This document shows positions 13,335 through 26,094 of a stretch of DNA of 64,000 bases, piece by piece. The translations under genes and the position numbers were made by a program. Under the pieces are notes generated by a model. It had not been told where the DNA came from. It saw only the letters and a list, made by a program, of their open reading frames with translations, and did not search any database. Each line of letters opens with the position of its first letter. Positions within the stretch are counted from its first letter, which is position 1. Location of the stretch: the NCBI GenBank assembly GCA_030390025.1, contig CM059430.1, forward strand, positions 125,426,001-125,490,000, given 5' to 3'. This DNA comes from Squalus acanthias. Taxonomy: Eukaryota.

Positions 13335-14729
13335 CTGGTGAAAGAAGATACAACAATTAACCCAGGACAACAAATACCAAGGCTACTAACACCACACCAG
13401 ATACTCAGGGCCAAATTCCACAATGATCCCTGTGAGCCGCACATTGTTCTGCGCGGCCTGTTTCTTTTAATGCGTGGTCCCTTTAAATTCCTGCACATAC
13501 GTGCCATTTACAATGGAAAAGCCGGTGAGCGGCCCGCGTGGGACCTTTCGCATTACTGCACGGCCATGCCGCTTAGACGGAACATTGGTCAGCATCCCAG
13601 CCTAAGTATCACGAGGCATCCGCTGGGATAATCTCTGCCGCTGACCCCGCCAGAGTATGCAGGGTCAGAGGAAAGCTCCCCAAATTTAAATATTGCAGGT
13701 GAGCATCTGGACCATTGCAGGCACTCATCAAAGCAGGGGTCGCAGGTTACGTGGCACTGGACAGCTGCTCGGTTTCCGGGATCTAATTCTCATCTGATGT
13801 CCAGGCCAAGGCCCCAGAGATACTGGCAGCGCAGGTCAGGATCTGACCTATCCATGTCCCAGCCTAATTCGCAGCCCTTCTGCCACACTCCCAGCAGTCT
13901 TCAGCTGAGACTCTGCTGGAAAAACCCACGTAAATTCAGGGCCTCGTTGCCTTTAAAAGAAAGATGTTCCTATTTTTAATTTTCTTTGTTATAAATTATT
14001 CTTCATAAACCTGGTGCAGCAAAGTTATATGCTATGAAGGGGTTCAGGCCTGCGATTCCACAGGCATTTCACTGCAGCTGGGCAATTGGTTGAGGTATAA
14101 GTGAAGGTACACTGCCTCCCTCAGGGAGGAATGGATAACCAGAGAGCAGTTTCATCCAGGATCAGTCTCTCTCATTGCAGTTGCACTGCAAGACTGACCA
14201 AGGCTTGGGAACAGAGCACTTGTCAGGGAAGGTCATAAAATACAGGAAGGGTTGCATCAAGGTGCCATGCACCCATTTAATAACCTGGAAATTAGATACA
14301 AATGGACTCTTGAGGCCATGTCTCATTAATTATGCAGTTTTCACTCTGTTCACCTTACACACAAGACACTCCATTATCACCTGACACTCTTGTGGTCACA
14401 GGGCACTGGTGAATACAGAAGTTACTCTGGAACACTGATGTGCCCAGTTTATCAGTGTCTCTTAGGTAAACACATACAGGACATGACTGGCTACAGTCTC
14501 TTGTCACAGGAAACCCCTTGTTAAGATGAAGCCAAGATAGGAACCTATTGAAAAACATAGTCTTATTCAACAGGCACCAGTGAACCTTTGAAACCCAAGC
14601 ACAGGGGAGCTGATAAATAATATACAAACTACAAAATGACTCATTTTATTTCAGTGGAAGGGTGCAGTTCAGTTCTGATTCACTGTGTTTTATTGCTCTC
14701 CTCAATTATATCCCGGTTCTCCTGAAGGC

Positions 14730-15050
14730 ACTGACGGTCACTGAGACACCTCATCCAAATGTGCATTCTTGCTGTGTGAGCCTAGACAGTGAGTGTTGGC
14801 AGGACATTTAGCCACGGGGACACCGCAGTAAAGTTTGATCTTGTCCTCACTCATTGTCCACGCACGTGCAGTTTCCAGCAGGGGTCAGTGGATAGTGACC
14901 AGGAATGGGAACCCCGGCTGATTTCCTCAACATGCTTCCCCTCCGCAACCCCATCCACCCTACCCCAGGAATGCTGTGGCCAATTGTTGTGCCATAACTG
15001 CTACCTGACTACCACCAGCTAACTCAGCACAGGCCAGGATCAAGCCTTCA
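14730..15050 (-). mobile_element. Ancient tRNA-SINE-like family; degenerate copies near 1860-2160, 11870-12110, 15930-16220, 20420-20760, 24490-24780, 28730-29020, 33360-33860, 36940-37170, 39740-39950, 42340-43390, 55000-55370, 57620-58060, 60280-60610
   Basis: Recurrent motifs GTGCTGAGTTAGCTGATCTCAG, GGGCTAGGGA, CCTGATCACTATCCAGTGAC.CCTGCTGG, GCCACTTGG.TGAGGTAC in both orientations. Confidence 0.65.
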
Positions 15051-15156
15051 CCCAAACATTGTCACATTTATAAGCTGCTGAATTACTGCAATTAACTGTG
15101 GAGCAATTACAGACAGCTGTATGAATATTCAGAAAGAATGCGAGAATTAAACGAAA

Positions 15157-15465
15157 TAAGAAAGTCTTTCATTCATATTGTACATCATGTCTCTGAGACT
15201 TCTCAAAGTGCTTCAAAAACAGAGAATTACTTTGACGTGCAGTGACTGCTGTTATGCAGGCAAATGCAGCAGCCATTTTGCACACAGCAAAATCACACAA
15301 ACAGCAAAAAGAATGAATGTCCAGTTAGTTAATTTTTGGTGGCATTCATGTGGTGGGAATGTTGGCCAGAACGCCCTGCTGTCCTTCAAATAGTGCTATG
15401 GGATCTTTAATATCCACCTGAAGCACCAAAACACAGCCTCAGTCTAACATCTCATCTGAAGGACG
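15157..15465 (-). mobile_element. Degenerate Deu-domain SINE fragment
   Basis: Diverged match to the 37181-37643 SINE (CAGCCATTTTGCACACAGCAA, TTCAAATAGTGCTATGGGATCTTT). Confidence 0.7.
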
Positions 15466-15579
15466 AAATATCAAGTTATCAAACAGCGTAGCAATCTCCA
15501 GTCATCTGTACTGGGAACCATTTTAGTCACACGTGACATATGCATGATTTAATTCTAGTGCTATAATACACGATACCAT

Positions 15580-15727
15580 GAGGTAGATTTCCGGCTTTAC
15601 TGTTTCAATGGAAGGAAACTCAGGCAGGTTCTATTACCAGCATGAAAAACTCCCCACCAGATTTTCCTTTCTGTGCTCTGCCCTGACGTTGCGTAACACC
15701 CAAGTGGTAAAGGTGAAAATCTACCCC
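15580..15727. mobile_element. 148-bp Harbinger-like MITE
   Basis: TIRs GAGGTAGATTT / AAATCTACCCC with CAT on both flanks. Confidence 0.7.
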
Positions 15728-16290
15728 CATGTATCACTCGTGCACAACATTGTGATAAGTACGATATACGGCCCTTCTGAACTTCCCCTCCCCAGAAAGG
15801 GTGAAAAAATTAGTCACCCCCCGGGTGTTATTCAGAAGCATACCAACAGTTTGGATCCCTAATCAGGCAGCAGTAGGGACAGTACAACTAAACTAAGTCC
15901 CCTTCGGCTAGCGGGGTGTGAAATCGTTAGGGCAGTACCTCATCCAAATAACCATTCTTTATACGTGAGCTTAAGCAGTGGATATCAGTCGGTTATCTGA
16001 CTGCATCCTCTCCTTATCCAATGTTCACACAGGCAATTACAAGCAAGAGTCAGTGAATAGAGATCAGAAGCAGGAAACAGAGACCAGGGTCATTGTAGCG
16101 TACTGTAGAGCACCTACTGCCACCCTGGTGAGATCACCTAACTCAGGACAAACCAGTACTGAGCTGGAACTTCCTTGCTCTGTAGAACTCAGTTCCACAA
16201 TGGGCTGTGCTGAATAATCGAGACAGCCTGCAAAAAACCTTTTATTGATGTCGGTGACTATTTACCAACAGAAAGTCAGAAGTCACTAAC

Positions 16291-17615
16291 CTGTTTGGTC
16301 TGGTTAATGAAGCCCCTACTCCAGAATCTCTCCGCTCCCTCATCTCCATTTCTTCAGCTTCATTAAGCGAATTGCCAGTACTGTCAAAATCACTTGCAGT
16401 AGTACCCACGTCAGACATCGAGCGGTCTTCAAAATTCAAACCCTGCAAAGGAAAAACCGTCTCTCCAGTAGAGTCAGACTCTGTGTCATTAAATTCTGTG
16501 CGTAACATTTTTGACCAGAGGTCCACTGACTGCTGTAACCCATTGACATGCTTCAAGACATCATCTAGTTGTTTAAATAAGTCCTCAGATCCAACTATGT
16601 TGTTGTACGGGTGAGTCTCGGGCACATTGTCATAAATGCTCTGCCTGCTCTCCGTGGAGCTGCATGAACCCCTTCGTCCCTGAAACCCAAACCCTGGAAA
16701 ATTGTTGATGCTACTGCATGTGGACATCCCAAAGGACAGATTTCCTGATCTCCAGTTTACCAAATGGTCATCAGCACCTGGACACAGGCTTTCTATGGAG
16801 AGGGCTTTGGGGAAGGTCCCTACTTTGTGGTTCTTGGGGACCCGGACAACATAACCTTCATGAGAATGCGGTTCATCTTTTCTGTTATGGTTGGAGGCCA
16901 TGAGCCCCATTTCATAGTCTTCCAAGTACAGTCCACAATGCATTGTGCTGTGGCTACTTCTAGAGTTGACCGTAGAATGTTCTCTGCATCCACATTCAGC
17001 AAGTGAAGCAACTGATTGAGATACATTCGTCATCAAGCCCTTTGGGCTCTCGTTTCCAGTTTTCAAAGGACTGGAGCTGTGTAATGGTTCGTGTTGCCGT
17101 TGTAACACAGTCCTGCCACTTCCTGGCTCTTTGCTTTTTGAAGCCATTTTGTCTTTGCCCCGGAGAGTTTTAAATCGAAGGGACTCAATTCGTCTTAGAA
17201 AGCTCTTGGTCCTCTGTTTTTTGGGGATCTCCATGAAGTCTGGAGTGGTTTGGGTTCCAGTGGAAACAAAGCTGTCATTTGAGCAGCCATCAGTCTTTCT
17301 TGCTGCTTGGGTATGATCCACCATGACTCTCCTTGGACTTTCTTGCACTGCCGGATGACTGCCCGAAGAGTGACCTAACACCTCCTCTTGGATGCTCCCA
17401 GCACTTCTGCTGCTGCGCACAGAACTGGCCTCGGGATCACTGAGGTCAGTGAGCACGCTCTCACGGCTGGCCGACTCCTTCATTGTTGAGCTTAGGACCT
17501 CAGCTCGGTTCGACAGGAAGTCGACAGTCGTCAGCCGAGACCATCTTTTGCTCTCTCGCTGAAATGCCCAGCGATCACTGATAGCGCACAGGTCGTCTTC
17601 TTCAGAATCGTCACC
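16291..17615 (-). CDS. STARD8: STARD8-like large Ser-rich exon (focal-adhesion targeting region)
   Basis: 1325-nt open exon, GDDSEEDDLCAISDRWAFQRESKRWS ... GTFPKALSIESL ... SIYDNVP ... LDDVLKHVNGLQ ... ERRDSGVGASLTRP; contains ORF 16242..17483; AG/GT boundaries in phase. Confidence 0.96.
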
Positions 17616-18704
17616 CTAGGATGATAATGGCACAATAGTTAGGAGAGGGTCACAGCATGAGGAAAGGACAACAGCAAACAATGGGGTTGATTGTGGTCTT
17701 CTCTGCTCCCAAATAGCACCGGAAAAATGGATGCTATTCCTTTGCTCCTGAAGAGCACAACACGCAATCTTCCTCCACGGCTTTTCTGGTATCTGCACCG
17801 GACTATACCTGAAGAGGGTGCAGCAATGTAAATTACCCACCAACAACTAGGAGAGGTCTTGGCACACAGATTTCCTCTAATAGCAACATGTGCAAACTGT
17901 TCAGAAAAACCTGGTGCTACTGATCCCAGAGCTCCATTTTGTGCTAACTGTCTTAAGGAACAGGCTAGTACTGTTAAGAAAGTTCTCTGTGTTTCATTGT
18001 TTTGTACTTCATTGGCTATGAAGTGCTTTAGGATGTCCTGATGTCATAAAAGGGGCTATATAAATGCTATTTCTTTCTCTCGGAATTAAAAATGGCTTTT
18101 CTGGTTATATAGGTGTTACAGAATGTTGTTAGTCTTTTACAGTTAGTGATGGAGGCCGTATTCAGTACCTTGCCTTCACCCCCCAACGCACCCCTTTTTG
18201 CAATATGGAGCCAGGTCTGGTAAACAACCACAAGCCTTCGTGACAGCTGCTAGTTATTCACCTCCCCCTTTCCTGAGCCACTAAAACATCTTTCCATCCC
18301 AGAGAGTAGGAATTTCCCCACCCCCTGACTACCAGTGCTCCATGAATAAAAAGGGAACCCTCAGAGCACCTTCCTCCTATTTCAATGCCATCATTCTTCA
18401 CACCCACATGTGGTTTCCCTGTTTCTCAACCTACTGCTTGGCACGGCAGTGCCGCCTTCTTATCAACTCCCTGTAAGACAGACTACAGGGGTGCCCAGAC
18501 AACCCTCGGGATGCTGCCATCTAATGTTGAAAGCTCTTGGTCACCCACCCAACCAACCTAAAGGAAGGCTTGATTAAGGCTGGAGAAGAGGGACAATAAA
18601 ATTAACAGTGAGCCCTCCAAATTTCTTGTCCTACTTTCAGGTCCTCCAACAGTGGCAAAGATCATAGTTAGACTACACTGTTCTACCAGAGTTGGCAATT
18701 ACGT

Positions 18705-19464
18705 TGGGCCAAAAATTCGGCCCTTCCCGGGTGAGTACTCAGCCCGTACTCACCCGTAAGACGTCCCGAAGTGCCGGTTTCCTGCATGCACTGTGCATGC
18801 GCGGGAAACCGGAACTTCCGGTATGGTGAAGGGGGCGGTTCCTAGGTGAACCGCGTGCGCGGTAGAGGCTGCGCGCACGCAGCAGACTTAGATTTTTTTT
18901 CAGGTTTCTACGCGAGGGTAAGTATTGAAGAAACTATGCTATTAAAAAGGAGGCACAAGACCCGTTTTCAACAAGGTAAGTAGTTAATTAAGTATAATTT
19001 AAAAAAAATTTCAACAGGTTTATCTTTTTTAGATACTTTAAAGAAAGGTAAGTTTATTTTTATCACTTTTAAAAAGTATTTTAATTTTTTCAAAAATTTT
19101 AATTTTTCTTTAAAGTGGTTAATTTATTTAACTATAGTTATTTTATAAATGTGATTGTTTTTTAAAAATTTATTTTAAGTTTAGCTGTTCTTTTGGGGCC
19201 GATTTCAATTCACAGATTTGACACCTGTCAAATCTATGAATGAAAGATGGTCTGCTGCCATTGGCTCTCCATGGCCCACGTGATCCCAGGAGACGCATCG
19301 CACTAACTGCGCCCCTGGGACATGCACGCACTGCGCGCCGGCAGTTAGGAGAGGCCCAGGACCCGAAGTTCCCGTGGGCCCAAACCACAACGGCAGGCGC
19401 GATAGGTAAGAGCGCGTGCGATCCTTACCCCCGCGGCAAGCCGGAGAGGCGAATTTCTGGGCCA
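18705..19464. mobile_element. Non-autonomous DNA transposon (Harbinger-like MITE), copy 2
   Basis: Colinear, same-orientation, high-identity copy of 5894-6646 with the same TIRs. Confidence 0.9.
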
Positions 19465-19479
19465 CTATGTCAACACTAG

Positions 19480-19850
19480 AGTTGTACAGATACAAAACCC
19501 AGGGGCGGAGCAGCTCTCTAAAATTTGGAGGTGGACAGGGAGTGTCTATACTAGTACAAAACCCAGAGGGTGGGAGAGGTGGAGAAGGTAGGGCATCTCT
19601 GTACTGGCACAGAACCAGAGGGTAGAACTGGGACTCTCTATATTGGTACAGTACTCGAGGTGGAGCAGGGGGCACTCTATACTGGTACAGGACTTGGGAT
19701 GGAACAGGGACTCTCTCTACTGGTACAGTACTCGAGGTGGAGCAGGGACTCGGGAGGCGGAGCTGGGGGTCTCTATACTGGTACAAGGCTCATGGGGTGG
19801 AGCAAGGATCTGTGTAATAGTACAGAACCCATAGAGCAGAACAGTTGGTC
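19480..19850. repeat. Degenerate ~35-40 bp minisatellite
   Basis: Recurring CTCTATACTGGTACAG...GGTGGAGCAGGG units. Confidence 0.7.
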
Positions 19851-20142
19851 TCTAGACTCCATAGTGTGGTGGTTTACTCTACAGGTTCTGCTCTGGACAC
19901 AGTTACATTCACACCAGGCTTTCCTCCCATCATTTTAATGGTCAAAACTAACCTTTTTTTTTTATTAGCCAATACAGCCATACCAAACAGTGCCAAAACA
20001 ATGAAGAAAATGTCTGTCTCCCCATTTGCTAAAATGGCTATAGAATTGGCAGCTAAACCTTCGGACTTCAAAAGCACAGAGCACAGTAGGAAAGTAGTTG
20101 CTAGAAAACAGTGGACCAGTGCATTCCTCCAAGGGTGCTTAC

Positions 20143-20206
20143 CGACTTCCTGTTAGTGTTGACATCAAGCTTTATAGAGGCATATTTATTCAGTGTCATC
20201 AGCCGC
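20143..20206 (-). CDS. STARD8: STARD8-like exon, end of SAM (RLMTLNKYASIKLDVNTNRKS)
   Basis: 64-nt exon, ttttcccctcag acceptor, GTAAGC donor; RLMTLN is the STARD8-type residue pattern (DLC1/STARD13 have RLNTLN). Confidence 0.94.
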
Positions 20207-21327
20207 CTGAGGGGAAAAAAATCAAATTAGAGCAAAGATGCTTTATCCACCTGACTGATTTACAGGAATTGCCACAGCTACTCACAATAAGACACCAGCT
20301 GCAAATTTTCTTCAAATTGGGATTTTTTTTGCAGGGTAAGGATGGAATATCATTGAGCAGCCTCTCTCCTGTAACACTCAAGACATTTCCTGCATGACAC
20401 TTGCCACTCTCTCCCACTTAAAGTTCTTCCCTCCTGTCCTGATGGTGTTAACTCTTGCTGTGGTACAGTTCCACAGATGCTAGTTGGTCTCCAGTATCTT
20501 GCCCAAGTGCCCACTCTTCATCAGTGAGCCTACTATCGAGGGACCTCACAGAGAAGCCTACTGTCTTCACCTGACGTCCACGTTCCATCAGGACTCACTG
20601 AATAGTGATCAGAAACAGGAACTGGAGCAGCGCTTTCCCCTGCCTAGCCCAGGAGCGCCGAGACCAATTCTGGCACTCCTATAGTTATCCCAGCTGAGAT
20701 TAGATAACTCAGCACAGACCAAGGATCAAACCTAGTACCTTCTTGCTCTGCATATCCAATTCATCACAGTACTGATGGTTATTTAAATTCTTTGAAACAC
20801 AACTTTACGTGCTCCAGTGTGTTAGCAAAATCTGAGGGGGGAGGATAGGCAGAATAACTTCCCAACAGTGTCACACACAAGTGACACAAGCACTGATGAC
20901 CATTAACCAGTTTTTCTTCTTGGATCAACCAGACTTAGAAAGGGGCGGGTTTATGAGTCTAACCTTGAATAAACTTTGAAACACAAGATCATTACCAAGT
21001 GGAAGATACTGGATTTTGAAGTAACTGACGTGAATCACTTGCTGACTGCAACAGCACCACAGAAAATTCCTCACATGACAAAACCACAGCACAGTACGGG
21101 AAGTGAACTATGTTTAGTTCAAGATCAAAATCTAGTCTTCTGACACACAAGGATCCACTGAGAGACACCAGATTAATAAAAAATTGCAAGTTATCCTTTA
21201 GAAACTGGGGACACAGTCAATGTCACACAGCAATGACATGCACAGATGCCCATGTGTGCTACAATGTGTGTTAGGAATTACAATCTGAGGACTATTTGAA
21301 CAGGATGATTTATATCGCAAGGCATTG

Positions 21328-23900
21328 GGGTAGATTCTGGTCTGTACTGCCTGGGCATTAATTATCACGTGGAAGGGGCGCAGAGAGAAAAGTTGGGCTA
21401 GGAGGATCGCATGTGGGAAGGGAGCCTGCCTGATACTCATTCCATTAAATGAATGGGAAAAAAATCTGGTGGGCTAGGTTACTGGTTTTATCGCTGCGCG
21501 CAGCCCAGACAATGATCAATTCGGCGTACCGCCCCATTCCGACTGTGATTGTGCTGACTGCCATTTCAACTCCCGACTTCAATTAGGTGGCCGAGATCAT
21601 GGCTGGAAGCAGGTGGGTGCTGCATGAATGAATGCAAATCAGGGTCCGATGATACCTTTATATGATGCAAGTGATTTTAACTGAAGCCCCACCCGGCGGC
21701 CAACCCACGGAGTATAAGCTCGCAGGATTGGCTCCAGGCACTGACTCATTGGCTCAGCACCAATACTCAGCATAGCAAACTGATCAAAAAGAAATTTATT
21801 GCAGCCCAGGGGGCCACCAGCCACACTAGCGCCATGGTGATTTCCCTCCCCTTCCCCAGGACTGGCCACACGGTTGCAATGGACATACAGCCAGAAACCC
21901 ACCAAACCCACCTAAACGAGCCTGACCCCAGAAAATAAAATTAGTCAGGGGCTTCTGATTACTGACATGCGGTTTAGCTGGCATGGCCCTGGTGCACGGT
22001 TTGCTGGCACGCCCCCGGTGCACGGTTTGCTGGCACGCCCCCGGTGCACGGTTTGCTGGCACGCCCCCGGTGCACGGTTTGCTGGCACGCCCCCGGCGCA
22101 CGGTTTGCTGGCACGCCCCCGGCGCACGGTTTGTTGGCACGCCCCCGGCGCACGGTTTGCTGGCACGCCCCCGGCGCACGGTTTGTTGGCACGCCCCCGG
22201 CGCACGGTTTAGCGGCACGCCCCCGGCGCACGGTTTAGCGGCACGCCCCCGGCGCACGGTTTAGCGGCACGCCCCCGGCGCACGGTTTAGCGGCACGCCC
22301 CCGGCGCACGGTTTAGCGGCACGCCCCCGGCGCACGGTTTAGCGGCACGCCCCCGGCGCACGGTTTGCTGGCACACGCCCCCGGCACACGGTTTGCTGGC
22401 ACACGGTTTAGCTGGTATGCCCCCAGCACACAATTACTGACAGGAATTTTCCAGCATTAGGAACACCAGTCACCAGTTATGGAACTGCAGCTGCTTAAAG
22501 GGAATACATTATAATTTTGGATATACAACAATTTCAAAACTATTTGAGTTTGCAGGAGGGCCCAGAGTCCTCAGGTTCACCAACGAACATATAGAAGTCC
22601 TTCTGCATGAAGTCAGGCAAAGAACAGAAGCACTGTTTGGCATGCAGCAACGATGGCCCACAAGGAGAGCAATTTAGCAGCAGCACAGGAAATAGCCAGG
22701 GCAGTCAAACACCCCACGCACAGCAATTCAGTGCAAGAAAAAGAATTAATGACCTGACCAGGACAAGCAAGGTAAGAGGAGTTATCCGCATCTTCCAAAA
22801 GTACATTTGGAATAAGTATATCTGATAATTAGTGATCTCCCCTCACACTGTGCTTACCATCAATGCCCAGCAGGCAGCACCATGCCCTCGGCTTTCACCT
22901 GGAAGCGTTCCTTTATTCACAGTCTTGTGTTAAATCAGCCCACTAAAAGTGTCACTTGGAATCTAATTGCTTGGTGCATGTACCTCAGCACACCTATTAC
23001 AAGAATTAATGTGACAGCGGGGCGTTACGGCATCTCGTGGTAATCAAAGGTCATTCTCAATTTTGGCATTCTTTTTGAAGTAGAAGGCAAGCCATAACAC
23101 CAGAACGAGAACAAACCTTCACCCACCCACCTCCGATGAGGAGGAAGCTCTGCTATTACTGGGAAAGGAGGCCATACACAGTGGCAGAGATGGGGAAGTA
23201 AGAGAGCAGCTGCAAATGACAAGTTCCTGATTACATTTTGCTCTGTTCCTACTGTAACCCTCGTTACCGGTCAGCAAATTATATCGTGCACCCTCCCACC
23301 CCATCATTACGTCTGAAAGTCACATGTGAAGTCTGCTCCTCAACCACCCATTCTAACCTCTCTTCCTCTTTTCTGCCTCTAGATGCGTCAGAATAGGAAG
23401 AAGAAAATCCACCCCCCCCCGCACTGTATCTGGCCTAGCCAACACTTCACCGCGTGCACTGTCACTCACTCTATACCTCCCAAACACCAGTTCAAAAGGC
23501 ATCTACACCAGAGGTGAGTGCATTAGGTGATCCACAGAGCACAAGTGAGCAAGAGCAGCTGGGGGTTTGACCTTAAGGGTGAAGAAGTTGATGATCAGAG
23601 ATCCAGGAGATGTCACCCTACAGCTGAAGGGCCCAAGGACCAGCTCTCACAGGTGCTGTTTTTAAAGAAGGATGCACTAAGTGTATGTGCAGGCACTGAG
23701 GACCGTGCCAGACAGTGCATTGCAGATGGAGGAGTCCACCACACTCATGTGTTAAGGTGACAGAGACTTTGCAACACCATGGTACATATGAGAGCTCCAG
23801 AGCTAACTGCAGCAGAGATCTCCATAACAGTGCCCCAAGGGCAATCTGTGCATCTGCTATAGGTGCTCAATTACTGATGTCAATCCAGACATCCACTTAC
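21328..23900 (+). mobile_element. Decayed PIF/Harbinger element with Myb/SANT-like gene relic (about 22560-22772)
   Basis: GGGTAGATT TIR-like start; LRFTNEHIEVLLHEVRQRTEALFG...RINDLTRTSK|gtaag, disrupted by stops and frameshifts; right boundary uncertain. Confidence 0.65.
21985..22425. repeat. 26-bp CpG-rich minisatellite, about 16 copies
   Basis: Unit CCCCCGGYGCACGGTTTGCTGGCACG with TTTAGCGGC and TTTGTTGGC variants, head to tail. Confidence 0.97.
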
Positions 23901-24137
23901 TGACCCTGAGCTAGACATGTACTTGCTGACCTGGGTCAAGCTGACCATTACTGACCCTGAATGATCCAGACATTGCTTACCCCATAATCTAGCCAAGCCA
24001 GCTCATTATTGGCCCAAGTCAAATCTGATGATTACTGACCCCAGCTAACTGCACACATGGAACCATACCAAAGCAAGAGTTGGCACCTTTAGGAAAAGGG
24101 GAGGGGACAAAATTATAAAAGGTTCACAAACAGTTAC

Positions 24138-24219
24138 CTGCACACAGATTTCACAGAATCCCGGTCAAGAAAATCATGATCCTTCTTGACAGCTGTGATG
24201 TCGATGGGAAACTGGGAGT
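24138..24219 (-). CDS. STARD8: STARD8-like exon, SAM domain (DSQFPIDITAVKKDHDFLDRDSVKSVCR)
   Basis: 82-nt exon, ttgcag acceptor, GTAAC donor, phase 1 to 2; FPIDI..VK.DHDFLD motif. Confidence 0.95.
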
Positions 24220-24329
24220 CTGCAATACAAGAAAACAAACAAATTTACATATCTGCTCTTCGCATACTCCATGTACTTGGTTGTAGTGAAATAAATCTGT
24301 CCGTTTATCGCTGGAAATTATTCAATCAT

Positions 24330-24478
24330 ATTTTTTTTCTCACACCAGCTTTTGTCCCTCCAGGTTCTGACGAAGGATCGCAGGCCTGAAACGTTAACGT
24401 AACCTTTTTCTTTTCTCTTCTCCACAGATTCTGCCTGCCCTGCTGAATGTTTCCAACATTTTTTGTCTTTATTTTGTC
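24330..24478 (+). mobile_element. Solo Penelope pLTR fragment with hammerhead-like core
   Basis: GTT-CTGACGA-AGG..CCT-GAAA-CGTT-AAC followed by TCTCCACAGA..CTGCCTG.CCTGCTGA, homologous to the 7.6-kb pLTR. Confidence 0.7.
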
Positions 24479-25659
24479 CCTTTTTCAGGTGCTGACTCAT
24501 ACTGGGGTACAGTTCCATCGACACCAGGAACTTTCCAGTAGCTCATTCAAGTGGCCATTTTTCATATCTAAGCCTAGACAATAGTGGCAATTTTCCGAGT
24601 TTGCACCCTCAGAAGAGAGCCTCGTCCATTGGGAGTCCATACTGAAAATCTAGGCACACACACCATGCATGATTTTCCAACTACTTCAATTAATGGTCAG
24701 AAAATTGTCCACACCATACACCTGAATATCCAACATGCATTTCTGGCAGGAGAGGTGCAAAGTTATTAAATTACCCCTAATAAATATTGGCAGGTTATCT
24801 GAACATGGAAGAACACATGACAGAGTTCTACTATCCTGAGGAGGGTCAATCACACAATGACAGAACTTTAGTATAGTGGGTCAGTCGGTTGCACAGAGCT
24901 GCAGTATCATGGGATCAGTCAATTATAGAACTGTTATTCAAAATCTAAAGCGATATAAATGTGGCAAATAATGTAGAAAATTGTAACTACATTGGTGTCA
25001 CTGAAATCACCAAAACAGGACCAGCCTTGTTTAGTGCTATGGTAGATTAAAGACACTGCAATGCAGGAGTGGACTCAGCTCAGGTCGATGAGGTGGGGGA
25101 ATAGTGTAAGAATCGTAAGGTCTCAGAGCAAATAAAGGTAGTTTTGTATGGCAGGGATTGACAAGGACTGAGGAAAACCAAAGGCCAACATAAGCAAAAC
25201 ATAATTTCAGAACTTTCAGTGCCTCCAAACCAGTTCAAACAGGAGATTTAACAAGTATCACATTGGAAAGCCAGGCAGCAACGTCTGGGATTTTTCTGGG
25301 ATGGAAGCAATTTTCCCGAAGGGAGCAGATGTATGTGCTTTCACTGGGGCGGGAGTTGTTAGCCTGAGGGTGAAAACTGATTAATGGAGAGGAGATTTGG
25401 CTGAAGAACATTTCCCAATATGCTCTACTTCCAGTAATTGTTCTCTACCGACCCTCCCAGGGTCATTTAAAGTTACAGTCAAGCCTTTATTGCACTTAAA
25501 ATGTTTGCTTAAATTAAATATATATAAAGTGCTCACTTAAGGAGCTTTTGTATAGAGCTTTAAAACAGGAAGCTCCATTACAGTAGATAATAAATATTTA
25601 AAAGGAAAGTAGTTGTAAAAGTTAACCATTTGTGAACTCAGTTTTATCGATGGTTTATA

Positions 25660-26090
25660 AATTCCAAAAGTGGGCGCACAAGGAGCAGGGCGCACGTGCC
25701 TGTTCAGGTGGTCCCTGTGCCCACGTGATATTGGTACTGGGATCTCAATATAATGGGTCACGCCTGATTGTGTGGAGGGGGCGGGGGCAGGAAATCAGGA
25801 GTCTCTGATGCCACTTAAAGGCAGTCTGCACCTCTTAAAGGGGAGGTGCACCCTGGCTGCAGATAGGAGGGAACGCTTCTGAAGAGAAAAATGACTGTAG
25901 GAACTGCAGATAGGGCCCCCAGTTTTTTCAATGCCACTTTGGAGGCCCGAGTCTAGGCAGTGGACAAGAGGAGGGATCTCCAGCTCCCCCCCAGGATGCA
26001 GAAAGACCCCCGTCATCAGTGGGAAGAGGTGGCTGAGGAGTTCAATACAAGGAGCTTAGCTTCCAGGATATGGCTGCAATACCAAATAAC
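25660..26090 (+). mobile_element. Harbinger Myb/SANT-like gene relic
   Basis: RAPSFFNATLEA..AVDKRRDL...QWEEVAEEFNTRSLASRIWLQ trihelix pattern with an internal stop; fused to a CR1 fragment. Confidence 0.65.
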
Positions 26091-26094
26091 GTTT

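Noticed and set aside
21985-22425. CRISPR-like array, or repetitive protein ORFs in several frames
   Set aside because: Units are head to tail with no unique spacers, there are no cas genes, the context is eukaryotic, and the ORFs are by-products of a stop-free GC repeat
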